Source of the DNA: Gnetum montanum
Lineage: Eukaryota; Plantae; Gnetophyta
NCBI GenBank assembly: GCA_015680685.1
Contig: MNCI01002813.1
Location: 1,297,403-1,361,402, forward strand
Length of the DNA: 64,000 nt
Reading direction: 5' to 3'
The position numbers and the translations under genes were made by a program. Positions 1-12,456 of this stretch are shown here, piece after piece; within the stretch, counting starts at the first letter, position 1, and each line of letters begins with the position of its first letter. The notes under the pieces were generated by a model. That model ran no database searches, was not told the DNA's origin, and saw nothing but the letters and a program-made list of their open reading frames with translations.

Positions 1-91
1 CACATTCCAATGTGTCTATGCCACGGTTGTTGGCATGAGTTTCCTCAGTTCGTTCCATGCATATTTTTCTACTCCTACGAGTAGCTGTCAA

Positions 92-2653
92 TCACAGGAT
101 GTCTACTACTTCTTGTGTGGTTGCTACATACAAGCATCTTTGTTGTAGAGTTTCAGGGGCACACCTATCACATGGAGACATATCCTCCATTTCATCACCC
201 GATGAATCACTGTATGTGATGCATGGAACTTTCCTCTTCTCAATATTTCCATAAATATTTATCTTAGAGATTTCCAAGGAAAGATCGTGGATCCTAAGAC
301 ATGCGTCTACTGTGCTAAGCCATGCCCTTTCCATTATAATTGGGAAGTCTCCTTCGTTGTTATAATTGACTGGTATCACTAGGAAATCAGCTGGGTATGA
401 CCACCCACCTACAATGGTAACGATATCCTCCACCATTCCCAAGGGAGTAGTGATAGACCGGTCAACCAACTCCAAGCCAATATTGCTCTTCTTTAGTGGA
501 GGCAGGTTCTAGGCTTTATACATCTCTTGTGATATTAAGTTAACTCCGGAACCTGAGTCTAGAAGAGCTTTACATGGTTTATTCCCAACGACTTGTAGAT
601 AGATTAAGGGACTTCTAAGATCAGGGAATTTTTTGGGAAGGTAACCTACCTTGATCCAGTCAGTAATGGTATGTGTCAGCATATCCCTACGCGTTGAGCT
701 CTGTTGTTGGACAAAAGGGGGCTCCGAAGCCTTATTTGATGGAGGGACATTTTGAGGCTCAATCTCTTGTGGTTGTGAGAGCTTGTTTGGGCTTTTGGTT
801 CTAAAGAAAGGTCTTCTCTTTGTATGGTTGTCAGAACCAACAGCGGGTTGATGGTTTATAGCTCTTGTAATATTACATTGTTGCGGTTGAGTGGGGAGTA
901 CCCCTTGCATTGTTGGAGCAGGAGGTATGGGAACTACTTGTGGTGGAAGAGGTGCGGATGGATTAGGAGGATGGAACGAGTGTGAGATGTCTCTCGGAGG
1001 AGAAGGAGTCCTTCTAAAGTACTCCTGAACTTGGTAGTGACATTGGGGAGTAGTGTGACCCATAGAGTCACCTGCAGAAACTAGCTACTGCACATAATAA
1101 TCATAAGGATCAAGCTGCCAGTAAGGGTATTGATGTGTTGGCAGTGGCATCCCCCATGATTGTGGGTATTACCACTACTGATGTTGTCCAATAGGCTATG
1201 GAGGCGTTCCACTTGGGTAATATGTTAAGGGTTGGTGGAACTGCCTTAGGTTACCTTGTGGATAAGGTAACCTTCGGGGTGTTTGCCATTGATTAAGTCT
1301 TGGATTTAACACATACACCCCAGACTCCTACAGATGTGAGATAATTGGGCAACATCCCTTAGGATGGTCATAGTAGCAAACCTCACATCCACCATCATCA
1401 TCTAAATCAGAATTCACAGCCTCATCAGAGATAGGAATTTTTCCCTTACCCTTGTTATGTGCAGGGCTTAAGTTTCTCCGCTTGGTTTTGCCTTTGTCAC
1501 TACTTTGTTCTACCTTAGACTCTTCTACGATTTTTAAGACTGTTTCTATTCTTGAGTCTAAGGAATCCCACATTTGGTCTACCTTAGCCGATACCTCGGT
1601 TGTTAACTTTTGGATCGGTAAGGTTTTCCGATTCACCAACTCTTCGAGTGGTGACTCATCCTCCTCATCACAGAATTTCACTCCCTTCTTGTGAAGGGAG
1701 GGATCGCGGTTGTATTCTTCCGCACTTTCCCTCTTACGTAGCTCACCCTCTTCTTGCACTACTTGTTCCAACAAACTTTCAACTTCATGGGCTCTTAGTT
1801 GGGAAAGTCTCCCTTGGGAGTAAGTCCTAAGAGTTCTTCTCAGTTTATTTCTTAGCCCATCCACGATGTGGCGAAGTTGATCTCGCTTAGCGTACCCATG
1901 GCCCATGCAACGATGTAGCAGTGTATAGTAACGGGCCATGGCAGCATCCAAGGGTTCATAAGCACCTTGTTTCTAGCCTTGGATCTGCTTACACAAATTG
2001 GACACTCTGGAGTACGTTTGATATTTGTTGTCAAACAGTTCAAGCATCGTACTCCACCTCCTAATGGTTTCTGGTTCTAAGGACTAGTACCAGCTCTCTA
2101 CTTCTTTGGTGAGTGTCCTTGGGAACAACTTAAGCTTCTGCCACTCATTATCTATATTTTGTAAGGCACAGGCATTGTGGAATGCCTGTAAATGATGTTG
2201 AGGATCAGCGTTGTATCCCCCTTCAAAACGTGGGATATTATTTATGTCCAGACGCTTGATCCTACTATCCTCTAAGTGCCTTGTGGGGATCCTAACTACC
2301 TCTATGATGTCTAGCATGCTTCGGGTTATGAGTAGGGGTTCATCATGATCATCATTGTCATGACGTCTGTGATGTCTTCGTGGTGGTTCCCTACTCTCCC
2401 TACGTCCTTACCCTTGTCCTAACTCCTGACCTTCCTATCGAGGTCTTTCATCTTCTTTACTTTTACCCTCTCCATTGTGCTCATGATAGTTGCACCCAGA
2501 TGTGGAAGGAGAGTGTGAATGGTGAGATGAAGGAGAAGAGGAAGGGGATCCATCACCATGGCGATGTTTCATACCTTCTCTTTGGTTGCTTCAGCCCCGA
2601 TCGTTGTGACGATCAAAGTGCCTGTCCTTAGCGTGAGTGGTTGTTCCTACCAT
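92..2653 (-). pseudogene. Ty3/gypsy (Athila-like) gag-protease region, disrupted by stops and frameshifts
   Basis: ORF pieces 2084-2317 (IPRFEGGYNADPQHHLQAF..KLKLFPRTL..VESWY, retrotransposon gag), 1328-1951 (gag C-terminal half), 509-1063 ending in the aspartic-protease motif ALLDSGSGVNL, and 92-475 (PLGMVEDI..V....YPADF...PII..R.WL). The putative gag ATG is at 2653. Confidence 0.85.
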
Positions 2654-2706
2654 GAACAATTGGTGTTCACGGGGATCAGAGCCTGTAGCATGTATAGTTG
2701 ATCGAA

Positions 2707-2719
2707 GGCTCTGATACCA
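2707..2719 (-). promoter_or_regulatory. Second PBS-like site complementary to initiator tRNA-Met (TGGTATCAGAGCC)
   Basis: The + strand reads GGCTCTGATACCA. On the - strand it is preceded by an LTR-end-like ...CCTAACA-A and lies ~55 nt upstream of the putative gag ATG. Confidence 0.6.
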
Positions 2720-3304
2720 TTGTTAGGAGGAGGAACATCATTTTCTAAGAAACCTGTTGTGAGGGGTTCCTCATCTCCTATTTCACTAAGGACATGGGGG
2801 ACCTTGCCCTTCAACAATGAGTGTTGGCTCTCCTACCTTAAGTTCGGAATACATTGGGCATCTGTGGGATGATAATCCCTTACATGATATCTTCCAACAA
2901 CGTATTCAGCGAATAAGTCCTGCATGCCAATCTGTGCCAAGGCACGGAAAAGCATGTTCTGAACAGACTGATCTGGTGGTAACACTATATTACCAAACAA
3001 ATCTCTCTAGCGCAACTGTTCATCTTGATGGAGGGTAAAAGTGTAATTAGGAATATACTCATCGAGATGAGTATAAGTTATTGTATACTATTTAGGACTT
3101 GGCTGGTCTAGGTCATGTGTATGTCGTTGATTGTCTTCCGTGTTATCCCTAGGTGAGTTAACCTTATGAGAAGAAGCCATTTTATTAGTGTGTTGTTCAC
3201 CGTTATATATATGTTCTTATTTAACTAATTAACCCAAAGGTTCGTTAAGGCTCACAATGATGTGAAAGATTTCCTAATGTTCTAATTGGCGTACAAGCAC
3301 TTAG

Positions 3305-3322
3305 TCCCCGGCAACGGCGCCA
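3305..3322 (-). promoter_or_regulatory. Primer-binding site complementary to tRNA-Asp (TGGCGCCGTTGCCGGGGA)
   Basis: The + strand reads TCCCCGGCAACGGCGCCA, 1 nt from the LTR end. This is the typical Athila-lineage PBS. Confidence 0.85.
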
Positions 3323-3323
3323 A

Positions 3324-4253
3324 TGATGAGTGGTGAGGTACCCCTACACTCAACCATACAAAACGAGCATAGCACACATGATCCGGTCGAACTCCACAGA
3401 CTAAATGCCTAAACACCACAAGGAACACTTGGGGTTAATTAATTGTTGTCTTCCCAGACTTACTTGTTGTTGTCACGGTGTATGGTTAAGTAAGTCTAAG
3501 GTATATGATTTTTTGGGTCTTTTCTAGTTTATCTCCTATGCTAAAGGGTGAAAGGTTGAGAGACTAAAACTAACTATAACGACAACACTAAGTCCTAGCG
3601 TCAGCATCCATTCCCACTTGCTGTACACACCTTGAACTATGCAACTGTGGCTACCAAACGCTAATCGTTACTGGGATTACCACATGTAACGCACGTGCTC
3701 GAAGCGGTCATACTGAGGCACCTAACTAACCTAAGTGTGACAAGCAGCTGATTTCTTGACTAGCCATACACATTCGTAGATGCTCATAATCAAGTCGTAC
3801 TTGTCCCACATTCTAGGAGGTAAGGGTGAGAGAATTTAATCGCGATGAGTAGCCGATTCCTTGGCTAGCCATACACATTCGTCAATGCTCGTAACAAAGT
3901 CGTACTCATGCCGCATTACTAGGAAAGCAGTAAATAACATTAAATAAACCTATCCATGTACTGCAAGGTTTATCCACAAAGCTCGTCTTTATTGCTGTAC
4001 ACAACTTGCGTTCAGGTACAAAGCTACTCGAATAAAGAACCGTTCGCTTGGGGGACTCCTACTGCGGCACATGGAAAATATTCTATCTATGGGGTGATCA
4101 ATCCACTAGAGCTTCGCTACTTCTAGCCTATTATTACAAATGAGGGGAGTGTTGCCTTTTATTTATAGATTTGGTGATGGACCACGATATCGTGTACGCG
4201 ATATAGCAGGGGACGACGTGATATCGCGACGGCCACGATATCATGTCTCATCA
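3324..4253 (-). mobile_element. 5' LTR of the Athila-like gypsy element
   Basis: Bounded by a perfect 7-bp inverted repeat, TGATGAG (3324-3330) and CTCATCA (4247-4253), giving TG...CA ends. It abuts a tRNA-Asp PBS, and a TATA-like CTATAAAT lies on the - strand near 4161-4168. Confidence 0.75.
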
Positions 4254-5599
4254 AAATTTTTAGAACAATTAGAAGAATATGGATTAAAATCTATTTTCCA
4301 TCCCTTAGCAATAAAAGTGTTAAGTTGATCTATAAAAAATTTAAGATCCAAATGATTTCTCAACCATTTTAGAATTCTCCAATCTAACAAGCAAAATAGA
4401 TTTTGAAAAATAGTGGGCATGTAAAAATTTAATTCTATAGCATTCAAAGATAGCCTAAATCACTAGTGTAGAACCCTTATTCAAGTGAATAAATCCAATA
4501 ATCTGCAAAAATACGTATTATGATGTGATATATTTTGATAGGGATTCATATAAATCATTATGTAAAACAAAATCAAAAGCTTAAGAATTCATCATAGTCT
4601 TTACAATCTAAGAAATATTGGTATTTTCCATCTTCAAATCATTCTTTACCAAAAAAATTCTACTACAAAAACTCCAATAGAAATACTTGAGATCAACAAA
4701 CCACTGAGAGAATTTGAAATTGGTCCAATCCTCTAGAGTAATATAATCTAATCTAATTGAGCATTCTAAAGGACTTAAACCTACCCAACCAGGTGTGTCG
4801 GATTCTAAAAAAATAAATAATAATATTAATAAAATTCAAAGTACATCATATCATTAAAGAGAGAGTCTAAAAAAAAGCCCAATTATTTTGGAGATACCTT
4901 TTTAGGTTTTCATCCTTACAACCAATCCTAAAAAACCTCCCCTCTATGGTAGGAAAAGGATTAGGCCTTGTCCTTATTTAGAAGTGCCCTCACAAGTTTT
5001 CACTTCCCACTAAAGGGTTGTTTGTAAAAAGAAGGAGAAAACTCTCTCTAAAGAAAAAAAATACATTAATCAAAGATAAAGATCAAGAAGCAATAAAAGC
5101 TAAAAGCTTCATGTCTTTGAACATCCAAAACAAGAAGAAATTAATATTATAGAAAACAAATTAATTATTTAGCTTTCACTAGAAGATTTATTGCTTGAAG
5201 TTATAGCTAAAATGCTACATCTTTGTGGTATTTGACAACTGAAGAAAAGTCATAGTTATGCTATTACTATTGGAAAATAACTTCACACTAAAGCTTCCAA
5301 ATGGAGTAGAAAACAAGCAGTCAAAGATAAAAGCAAATGCAAAGAAATGACATAGACAAAGTAGGTTGATCACCAAGAATGACTTCATTGATGCTTGGTT
5401 GAAAGTTATTACAAATTCTAGATGTTTATTCCCAAGCACAACGAGCAATAAGAAACTTGAAAAACAAAATGAGTCATTACTTTTATAAAGAGGACATTAA
5501 GGAAAAACATTTTCCATATGTTTAAGAATAGTGTTGATAAGAAGACCTTGATGAACATGACACCATAACAACATGTGAATTTTAGGAAATCTAGGAGCT

Positions 5600-6900
5600 C
5601 TTTAAATATCTTTTATTTTTATCATCCAAAAGTGCGATAATAATTACATTTTTCAGACCTTACTAAATTTTTTATAAATAAAATCATTCTTTATAATAAT
5701 CTTATAAGTAACTTTTGAATTAAAATTAAAAACATATATGCCATCCTTCCAAAAAATATATGGAATAACTTGATGCAAATTATTGTCGACTTTAAATAAA
5801 TTCTCTAGATTAGAAATAAAATTTTCAAAATTCTTTTTCCTCTGTTTATTCAAACCATAGATGGTAGAAGCTTCATTCTAAGTAATCCATCTATTATGCA
5901 TACGTAGACAAGGCAATGATACCAAATCTGCTCAGTGGTACATAATGTAGATGCATTAGTAGCCCAAACTCCATCATTAAAAGGAAGTCACCATGGGCTA
6001 ATTTACTTAAGCATATATTCTAAAACTGTAATATGACTGTAATTCCAATATTTACTAAGCTTGCACCATATCTTCCAAATTTGTTTAAGAATTGGATAAC
6101 CAGGAATAAAAATGGCCTAAGGAAAAAGAAAATAGTAAAGAAAGTTATTAGAAGACTAAATGTTATCATTTTTAAGTTTTCATTGCATAAGTCTATTTCT
6201 TAAAAGGAGCATCTAAACATCATCTTCATTTATGCACTTTGGAATCCATTTTGATACAAGAGAAATACCCTAATTATAACAATTAATGAGACAAAGTCCT
6301 CCATCTTTTTTGTTACTAGGGTAAACATCTCAAGCAACTTTAGAAAAATATTTTTTATGTTGCTTAGTAGATAAAAGAAATACGATCAATTCTCTCATAA
6401 AAAGTTTTAAAATAATGAATCTGACTTGATTGAAGCATTTGCTTAATAACTAAAACTTTACCAGCAACAATGAGCTTTTTTTCTTTCCATTAAGGAAACT
6501 TTTTTTCTTTATTTTCATTAAGGGTTTGTGACTTGCATAACCTACAAATGTGCTCTTCTTGAGGGAGTTGAATCCATCTTCCACTTACAATTCTAAAATG
6601 ATAAGAATTGAAGTGAAGCTTGTTGATAGCATTCTGGTACTTAATTGAAATAGTAGTTGAGAGATAGTGAGCTTTTGCATCTAGTTTATTAGATCTAATA
6701 TGATATAAATAAAATTTTCTCATGCCTTCTACATTAGACCATATATGTATTAGAAACTTCTTAACTAGTTGACAAATATACTCAAGATTTTGCTGTACAT
6801 CCTCTCAAGAGATACTATACTTTTTTAATCATTTCATTTCCTAAAAATACTAACCACAATTTCACAAATCCTTAAGAACTATTTTAGAGAAATTTTCTTG
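5600..6900 (-). mobile_element. Highly decayed non-LTR retrotransposon fragments (post-RT regions)
   Basis: ~6220-6350 reads KVA*...KKDGGL..I...KWIPKC (L1-like post-RT segment). 6490-6723 reads ..SYHFRIVSGRW..PQEEHICRLC, a Cys-motif tail typical of L2/CR1/RTE-group ORF2. Confidence 0.5.
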
Positions 6901-6989
6901 CCTTTAAATATGTAAGCTATGAGTGTATGTAATGAATTAACATTAGACTTTTACTTCTAAAGGTAATAAATCACATTCACATAATAACA

Positions 6990-7960
6990 TTGAGTAAGGT
7001 GTTTGCATCTTCACCTAAAACTCATTAAGAACACCACTACTTTGTCTCCATTTTGATCCTCCTCCCTCAATTATATTTTTGATATCTTTATCAATTTCAC
7101 CATTTGGTTGGAGGATTGATCTTAGGTAGTAGAACTATTTACAACGAAGGAATTTTTTTGCCTTGAATTGTCACTTCTATTTCACCATTGTTTATGCTAT
7201 TATTAAAATTGCATTCGGTATATTTTGTCTTACTTATGCTAATTTTTAAGCCTTTTGATTTTAGAGCATGGCTCCACTTCTCAATTTTAGCAATAATATT
7301 TTCTTGAGCTATATCTACCAACACAATATCATTTGCAAATAGCATACACCAAGGAATTTCATCTTGTATTTCCTTTATTAATTTATCCATATTTATGATA
7401 GATAAGTAAGGGCTAAGTGTAGATCCTCGATGTAGACCTATTGTAACTAGAAAATCAGATGTTATTGCACAAGTTGTTCTAAATTTATTGGTATCTCCTT
7501 CATACATATCTTGAATCACTTTAACATATTATTAGGGATGTCTTTTTGCTAAAGGTCCACTAAATAATATCTCTAGGCACTATGTCATATGTTTTTTTCC
7601 AAGTCAATGAAGATCATATGTAGATTTTTTCTATGTTTTTTGTATTTCTCCATCAATTGTTTTTTCCAAATAATATTTCTAGGCACTTTGCCATATATTT
7701 TTTCTAAGTCAATGAAGATCATATGTAGATTTTGTCTATGTTTTCTAAATTTCTTCATCAATTGTTTTATCAAGAAAAAGCCTCTATAGTATATCTCCAT
7801 GACATAATTTCAAATCAATTTTCTAATACTGTTGATTCAAGTTTAAGATGCTACTATATGACTCTCTCCCAAAGCTTCATAGTATGGCTCATTAGCATTC
7901 TTTCAATATCTTTCTAGAGTTTAACACTAAGTCCATATCGCCCAATAACACATCCATACA
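6990..7960 (-). mobile_element. RTE-clade LINE fragment (reverse transcriptase), decayed
   Basis: ORF 7139-7519 has GLHRGSTLSPYL...IPWCMLFANDIVL (FADD degenerate) and GLKISISKTKY. 7585-7800 has HMIFIDLEK.Y..VPR. It contains a ~110-bp internal tandem duplication (~7560-7770). Confidence 0.85.
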
Positions 7961-8672
7961 ATACAGTAGGATAAATAATAGTTTGAAAAATTTATTTTTT
8001 GACCTTCCAAGACTAGAGTCCTAAATCTATGTACTTGCTTTTGAAAGCATACAGGGCATTGAAACCTCATGTTATTTTTTCTTTGATGCACTTCCCCTAA
8101 ATGTAATTGTTCATGTAAACAAGACTCAAATATTTTAAAAAATATACTATTTGTCCATTGGTACCTCCTCCAAAATGGAAGTTATCCCAGGTATTCATCG
8201 TATTGGCATCATCAACTTGATTTTTATTATTAACTTAGATTTAGTTCATTGCGATTGGAAAAGATAAAAAAAAACTTCTTATTAATTTTTATTTTATTCG
8301 TTGATCACCGGCTCATGGTTAGATCATATGGCTATGGTAGAGAATGAAACAACACCAAAAAAAAAAAAAAAACAAAAACCAGAAGAAGAAATCGCGTGTT
8401 CCCTTAAATGCTTTACAATGTCGAGAAATTTGCATTGTAGACGCTGAATGCAAAGACACATTTCGGTCAACAAACGTCACCGCTGAGAAGTGCAGTTCGC
8501 AAACAGGGGAACGAAGGCGTACTCATTAACAACACAAACAACGCAACACCGGCTGTTGCTCCTCCTCCTCTGGATCATCACAAACAACGCAACAACATCT
8601 GGATCCGATCCGCTTGAGGAAAGGCCAACGCCAACTCCAACGCCGAAACAGCAACATACGAACAAAAAGGCC

Positions 8673-8761
8673 ATGGCGATGGCCGCCTTTGCCATGCTTC
8701 GAAACTCTACCAGACTTAATCGTGTTTTAACTGCAGCAACGTCTTCAAGATACCTTTTCTG
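8673..8761 (+). CDS. LTA3: E2 exon 1 (mitochondrial presequence MAMAAFAMLRNSTRLNRVLTAATSSRYLF)
   Basis: ATG in GCCATGG context. The peptide is R/S/A-rich with no acidic residues. Donor G|GTATGC, phase 2. Confidence 0.8.
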
Positions 8762-9295
8762 GTATGCTTAAGGTTATTCTGATGCTTTTATCTTGTTGTT
8801 CGTAATCCATCCATGATTTTTTATGTTACCATCCGTTTGGTACTATTTTCGTTCATAAGTTCTATCCTGATTCATGCTCTGCCGATCCATGAAATGTAAT
8901 CGCTTTACAATGTTAAGTAGGAAAATGGAGTTCCTTGATAATCGCCAGCAGACAACGATAATTCAGATACATCGACTTTTTTGGTTTTGATGAGAGTGCT
9001 CTAAACATTTTTTTTGACTTACGGCATCCTTTTAATGATCCAATTTTGACTTCAGAAACTGACTGCAGGATTACTGAAATTGCCTTGATTATGGACTTCC
9101 CGATAAATCATTAGGCGATCAACCAAAGAACTAAATATTTGCACTATAAAATTTATTGGAGTAACCTGCTAATCATAAACTAAGATGGGTGAAGCTGAAG
9201 ACAATTTTCTTCATGTTTTAATTTGCATTCTACATCGCATTCCTGTACCCCTAAGTAATGACTGGACTCTCCGGGTTGTTAGGTATCATGCTTAG

Positions 9296-9382
9296 TAATG
9301 GCAGAGTATTTTGTGTCGATCAACATGAAAATGGTGCAAGCATGGAGGCATCAAGAACATTGAAAGCAACAGCTCCTGGAAG
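9296..9382 (+). CDS. LTA3: E2 probable exon 2 (87 nt, phase 2-2; NGRVFCVDQHENGASMEASRTLKATAPG)
   Basis: CTTAG acceptor, AG|GTGACG donor, open and frame-preserving between exons 1 and 3. The region is not conserved, so the call rests on splice signals and frame only. Confidence 0.5.
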
Positions 9383-10186
9383 GTGACGTTTCTTCTTGGT
9401 ACAGATACCGAGAAAAAGTATTTGCGTGAATGCAATTGTGGAAAGGTACCATTTTCGTTTTCGTTAGTGGGAAGATAAAAACGGATCAAAATTGCACATT
9501 AGTCTGTATTACGTATTTAAATGTTTTTACAGTAAGTGTGAAAAACATTACACCAGTTGTTTCCATTAAAGAAATTAATTTTTTAATGGTCAGCATTCAC
9601 CAATTTAAAAACAATATTATGTGCTTGTAAATTTGCTTGATTGATAGACATGTCTTGAGTAGAAATCTTGGGGTTGCATTCACGGATGCAATTATCTCTT
9701 TCAATTACATGCTTGATCAATAAAATTTGAGCATGTGAAATTCCTCCGTTCTTATGGAAATTTTTTAGATAGCATCCTATCATGTCTTCTCAGAAATTTA
9801 AGGAGTTGACATTGAATGAAATAGGGCTACCGTTTTGGGAAAACATAAAGCGAAATGAGTTAAATGCAGTGCTTAAAGGAAACCGAAAAGCAAGAGGAAC
9901 AGTTTGCAAAGTCCTGATTCTTTCCATTGGTAAAAGCATATTTAACATAATAATTTGAGCAGCAACATAAAAGTGTATGGTGAACTATGTAGGAAAACAT
10001 CATAGAAATTATTTATACCACTGGTATTTTTTGAAATGCAAGGGGAAGAATGATGCTGCCGCATTCACTTAAAAGTGTTCAGGTCTCATTCATGGCAGCA
10101 ACACACTCTGCTAGTATATGGATGGAACATGTGGAACTCATTGTTGAATGATTTATCTTGTATTGCATATTTTTCCTGCTGATAAA

Positions 10187-10203
10187 ACACACACACACAC
10201 ACA
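10187..10203. repeat. (AC)n microsatellite
   Basis: About 8 AC units. Confidence 0.8.
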
Positions 10204-12456
10204 TGCAAGGAAAAAACAAGAAAGATATAAGACATTGTCATTTGCCTGTCCACTGGCATTCACCTCTTTTTGAAGTCATTTAGGGAACTTTTTAAAATCT
10301 AAGATAGGCTGAAAACTAATTTTATGTACAACCGACTAAAAGCAAGATCCATTTGGTCAAGTCGGTTAGGATGAATTGCTTATGAACTTGTGTTGGCTGC
10401 AAAGGTAGGAGTTGGATCCTTGGGAAAGAAAAATTTGAGAGCTATTGGATTGTGTAACTTATTTTGGTTAAGTTTTGGCTGAGATGCCAACTACCAATCA
10501 TACAGACGGACCTGATCCTGTAACGCTAATTTTTATTTTGAATAGAATACAAATGAGAATCTTTGGAATGAAATAATGATATGTTGTCTAGTCTGTATTT
10601 CAGAAGTATGCTTTATTGCATATGTATCCATTCAACCAATGAAACAACTGTTAACCCTCAGCAGTAGTGAATGTTTATAACGAACAGAATTTCAACAAAA
10701 TTTGATTTTGATAACTTCTTGGCCATTCAGTTAGAATTGATGTTGCATTAAATGAATTGTTTTAAGTACTAATAGCAACATTGGAGACAATAAGAGGATG
10801 GGTTTTTTAGTATACACTGATCGCAAAATGTTACGATAGATTTTGCATAAAATAATATTTAAGGAAAAGAAAGCTTAAGATAGATGAAAAATTTGTGAAT
10901 TTGCCATACCGAAATCTATTTGCATGTTAATCAGCCTTGAAACTTATTTGAAAGCACTTCAAAGATTGTTGAAAACTTTAAAACATATGAACTTTATAAA
11001 ATAGACCAAAGAAAAAAAAACCCTACTATATCATTGGCTTGAAGAACTTTCTGAATAGTTGGAAGCACCAAAACATCAATGTTTAGGCTGCCGCTGATTT
11101 CACAATGGCTAAAAATGCTTAGTAACCATACATCATTAACCTTAGAAGCCATAGAAAGAGGCAAAGTGTGTACAGCTATACGATGTTTTAACTTTTGACT
11201 TTTTATGTTCTATTTTTTATCTCATATTCTTTTGAGGTTTTTCAGGTTTGTAGGTTTGACATGACCTAGCCTAATCTTTTCTTCCCCTTATTTTTTGGTG
11301 TTAACAATTCCTTGTATGAACCTGACCTGATTAATACCTGGGTTGGGTATAAGAAATCAGTTCATGTCAGGATTGCTATCCTTATGTTTGAGCTGTTGTT
11401 CATGTTTCATATTCTCTATTAGTAACCTCTTCACAATTGTCTTATACCGAGGTAATTCACAACTTGTCCTGATAACTCTTCTCTTTCTCTTGGCATCATT
11501 CTGTATGCTTCTTGGTTGGGCCATGTTAATTGTTAAGCAATTAGAATAAATTTAATTTGATTCTAAATTGATCTGATTGGATGAAAAACTTCAAGCGTAC
11601 TTTTGGACACTTCACAAAACACATTTTGAAGATTTTTTTCTTTTCTTTGGGAAAATGCATAACTACTGGATCTATTATGGCCGGTTAAAAAACAAAAAGG
11701 ATGCGTGAGACCTTACAACCAATGATGAAATCAATACTAAGCTTATAGCAGCATCAAGGTTAAAAACCAAAACCAACCAAACCATATTCTGTAGAGATAA
11801 ACCATGCTTGCATAAAACAAGTATATGAAATAGAATTTCAACATTGATTGGAAATTAAGTAGGGTTGCAACCATTGTTGAAGGGCTCTATTCAATATCAT
11901 TTGGGATACAGCAATTTCCAAGAGCTCCTACAAAAGCACTTCCAATTTCATCAACAAAAGGACATTGCATGAAAAAAGGATTGAAGACTTGTTTGCATTA
12001 ATGCATGATGAACATCCTAATTGGAGATTAAATGCTCCTACTCTAAAGAGTTTCTTATAGCTATTTTGTAGTGTATGTTTCTCATGTCACAGCCATTTGT
12101 TAAAGTAACAACCATTGTAGAGTTGGGCCACTACCTTATGCCATTGTGATATAGGATGGTAGGCACCTTTGTGCATGGAGTTGTATTTGGCCTTTACCAA
12201 ATACTCATTATGGTCTTTTCAAATAATGACACCATCTTGAAATCATGCATTTTCTACAAATCAAGACTGTGTTTTCTTGAGCCCATTTTTTCTTGAAAAA
12301 GGTTAGGAGTAGTCTATTATAAAGTTAAGATAACTAAATGTCTAAGAACATATTGTTCCTTAGGGAGGAGGTGTTAGATTGACTATACAAAATAGAGAAC
12401 AATAATCGCTATACAAAAATGACTCCTTGTAGCTATATAAAGAAACATTGGATGTA

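Noticed and set aside
3305-3322. tRNA gene
   Set aside because: Only the 18-nt tRNA 3'-end match including CCA is present, with no cloverleaf; it is a PBS.
4700-5500. Possible transposon or gene fragment upstream of the E2 gene
   Set aside because: No recognizable protein motif, terminal repeats or splice-consistent exons.
8490-8672. N-terminal extension of the E2 exon-1 ORF from a GTG start
   Set aside because: Non-ATG start produced by the ORF caller. ATG 8673 has good context and begins a typical presequence, so the region is likely 5' UTR.
9283-9295. Alternative acceptor TTAG at 9282 for exon 2
   Set aside because: Joined to exon 1 it gives an in-frame TAG within four codons.
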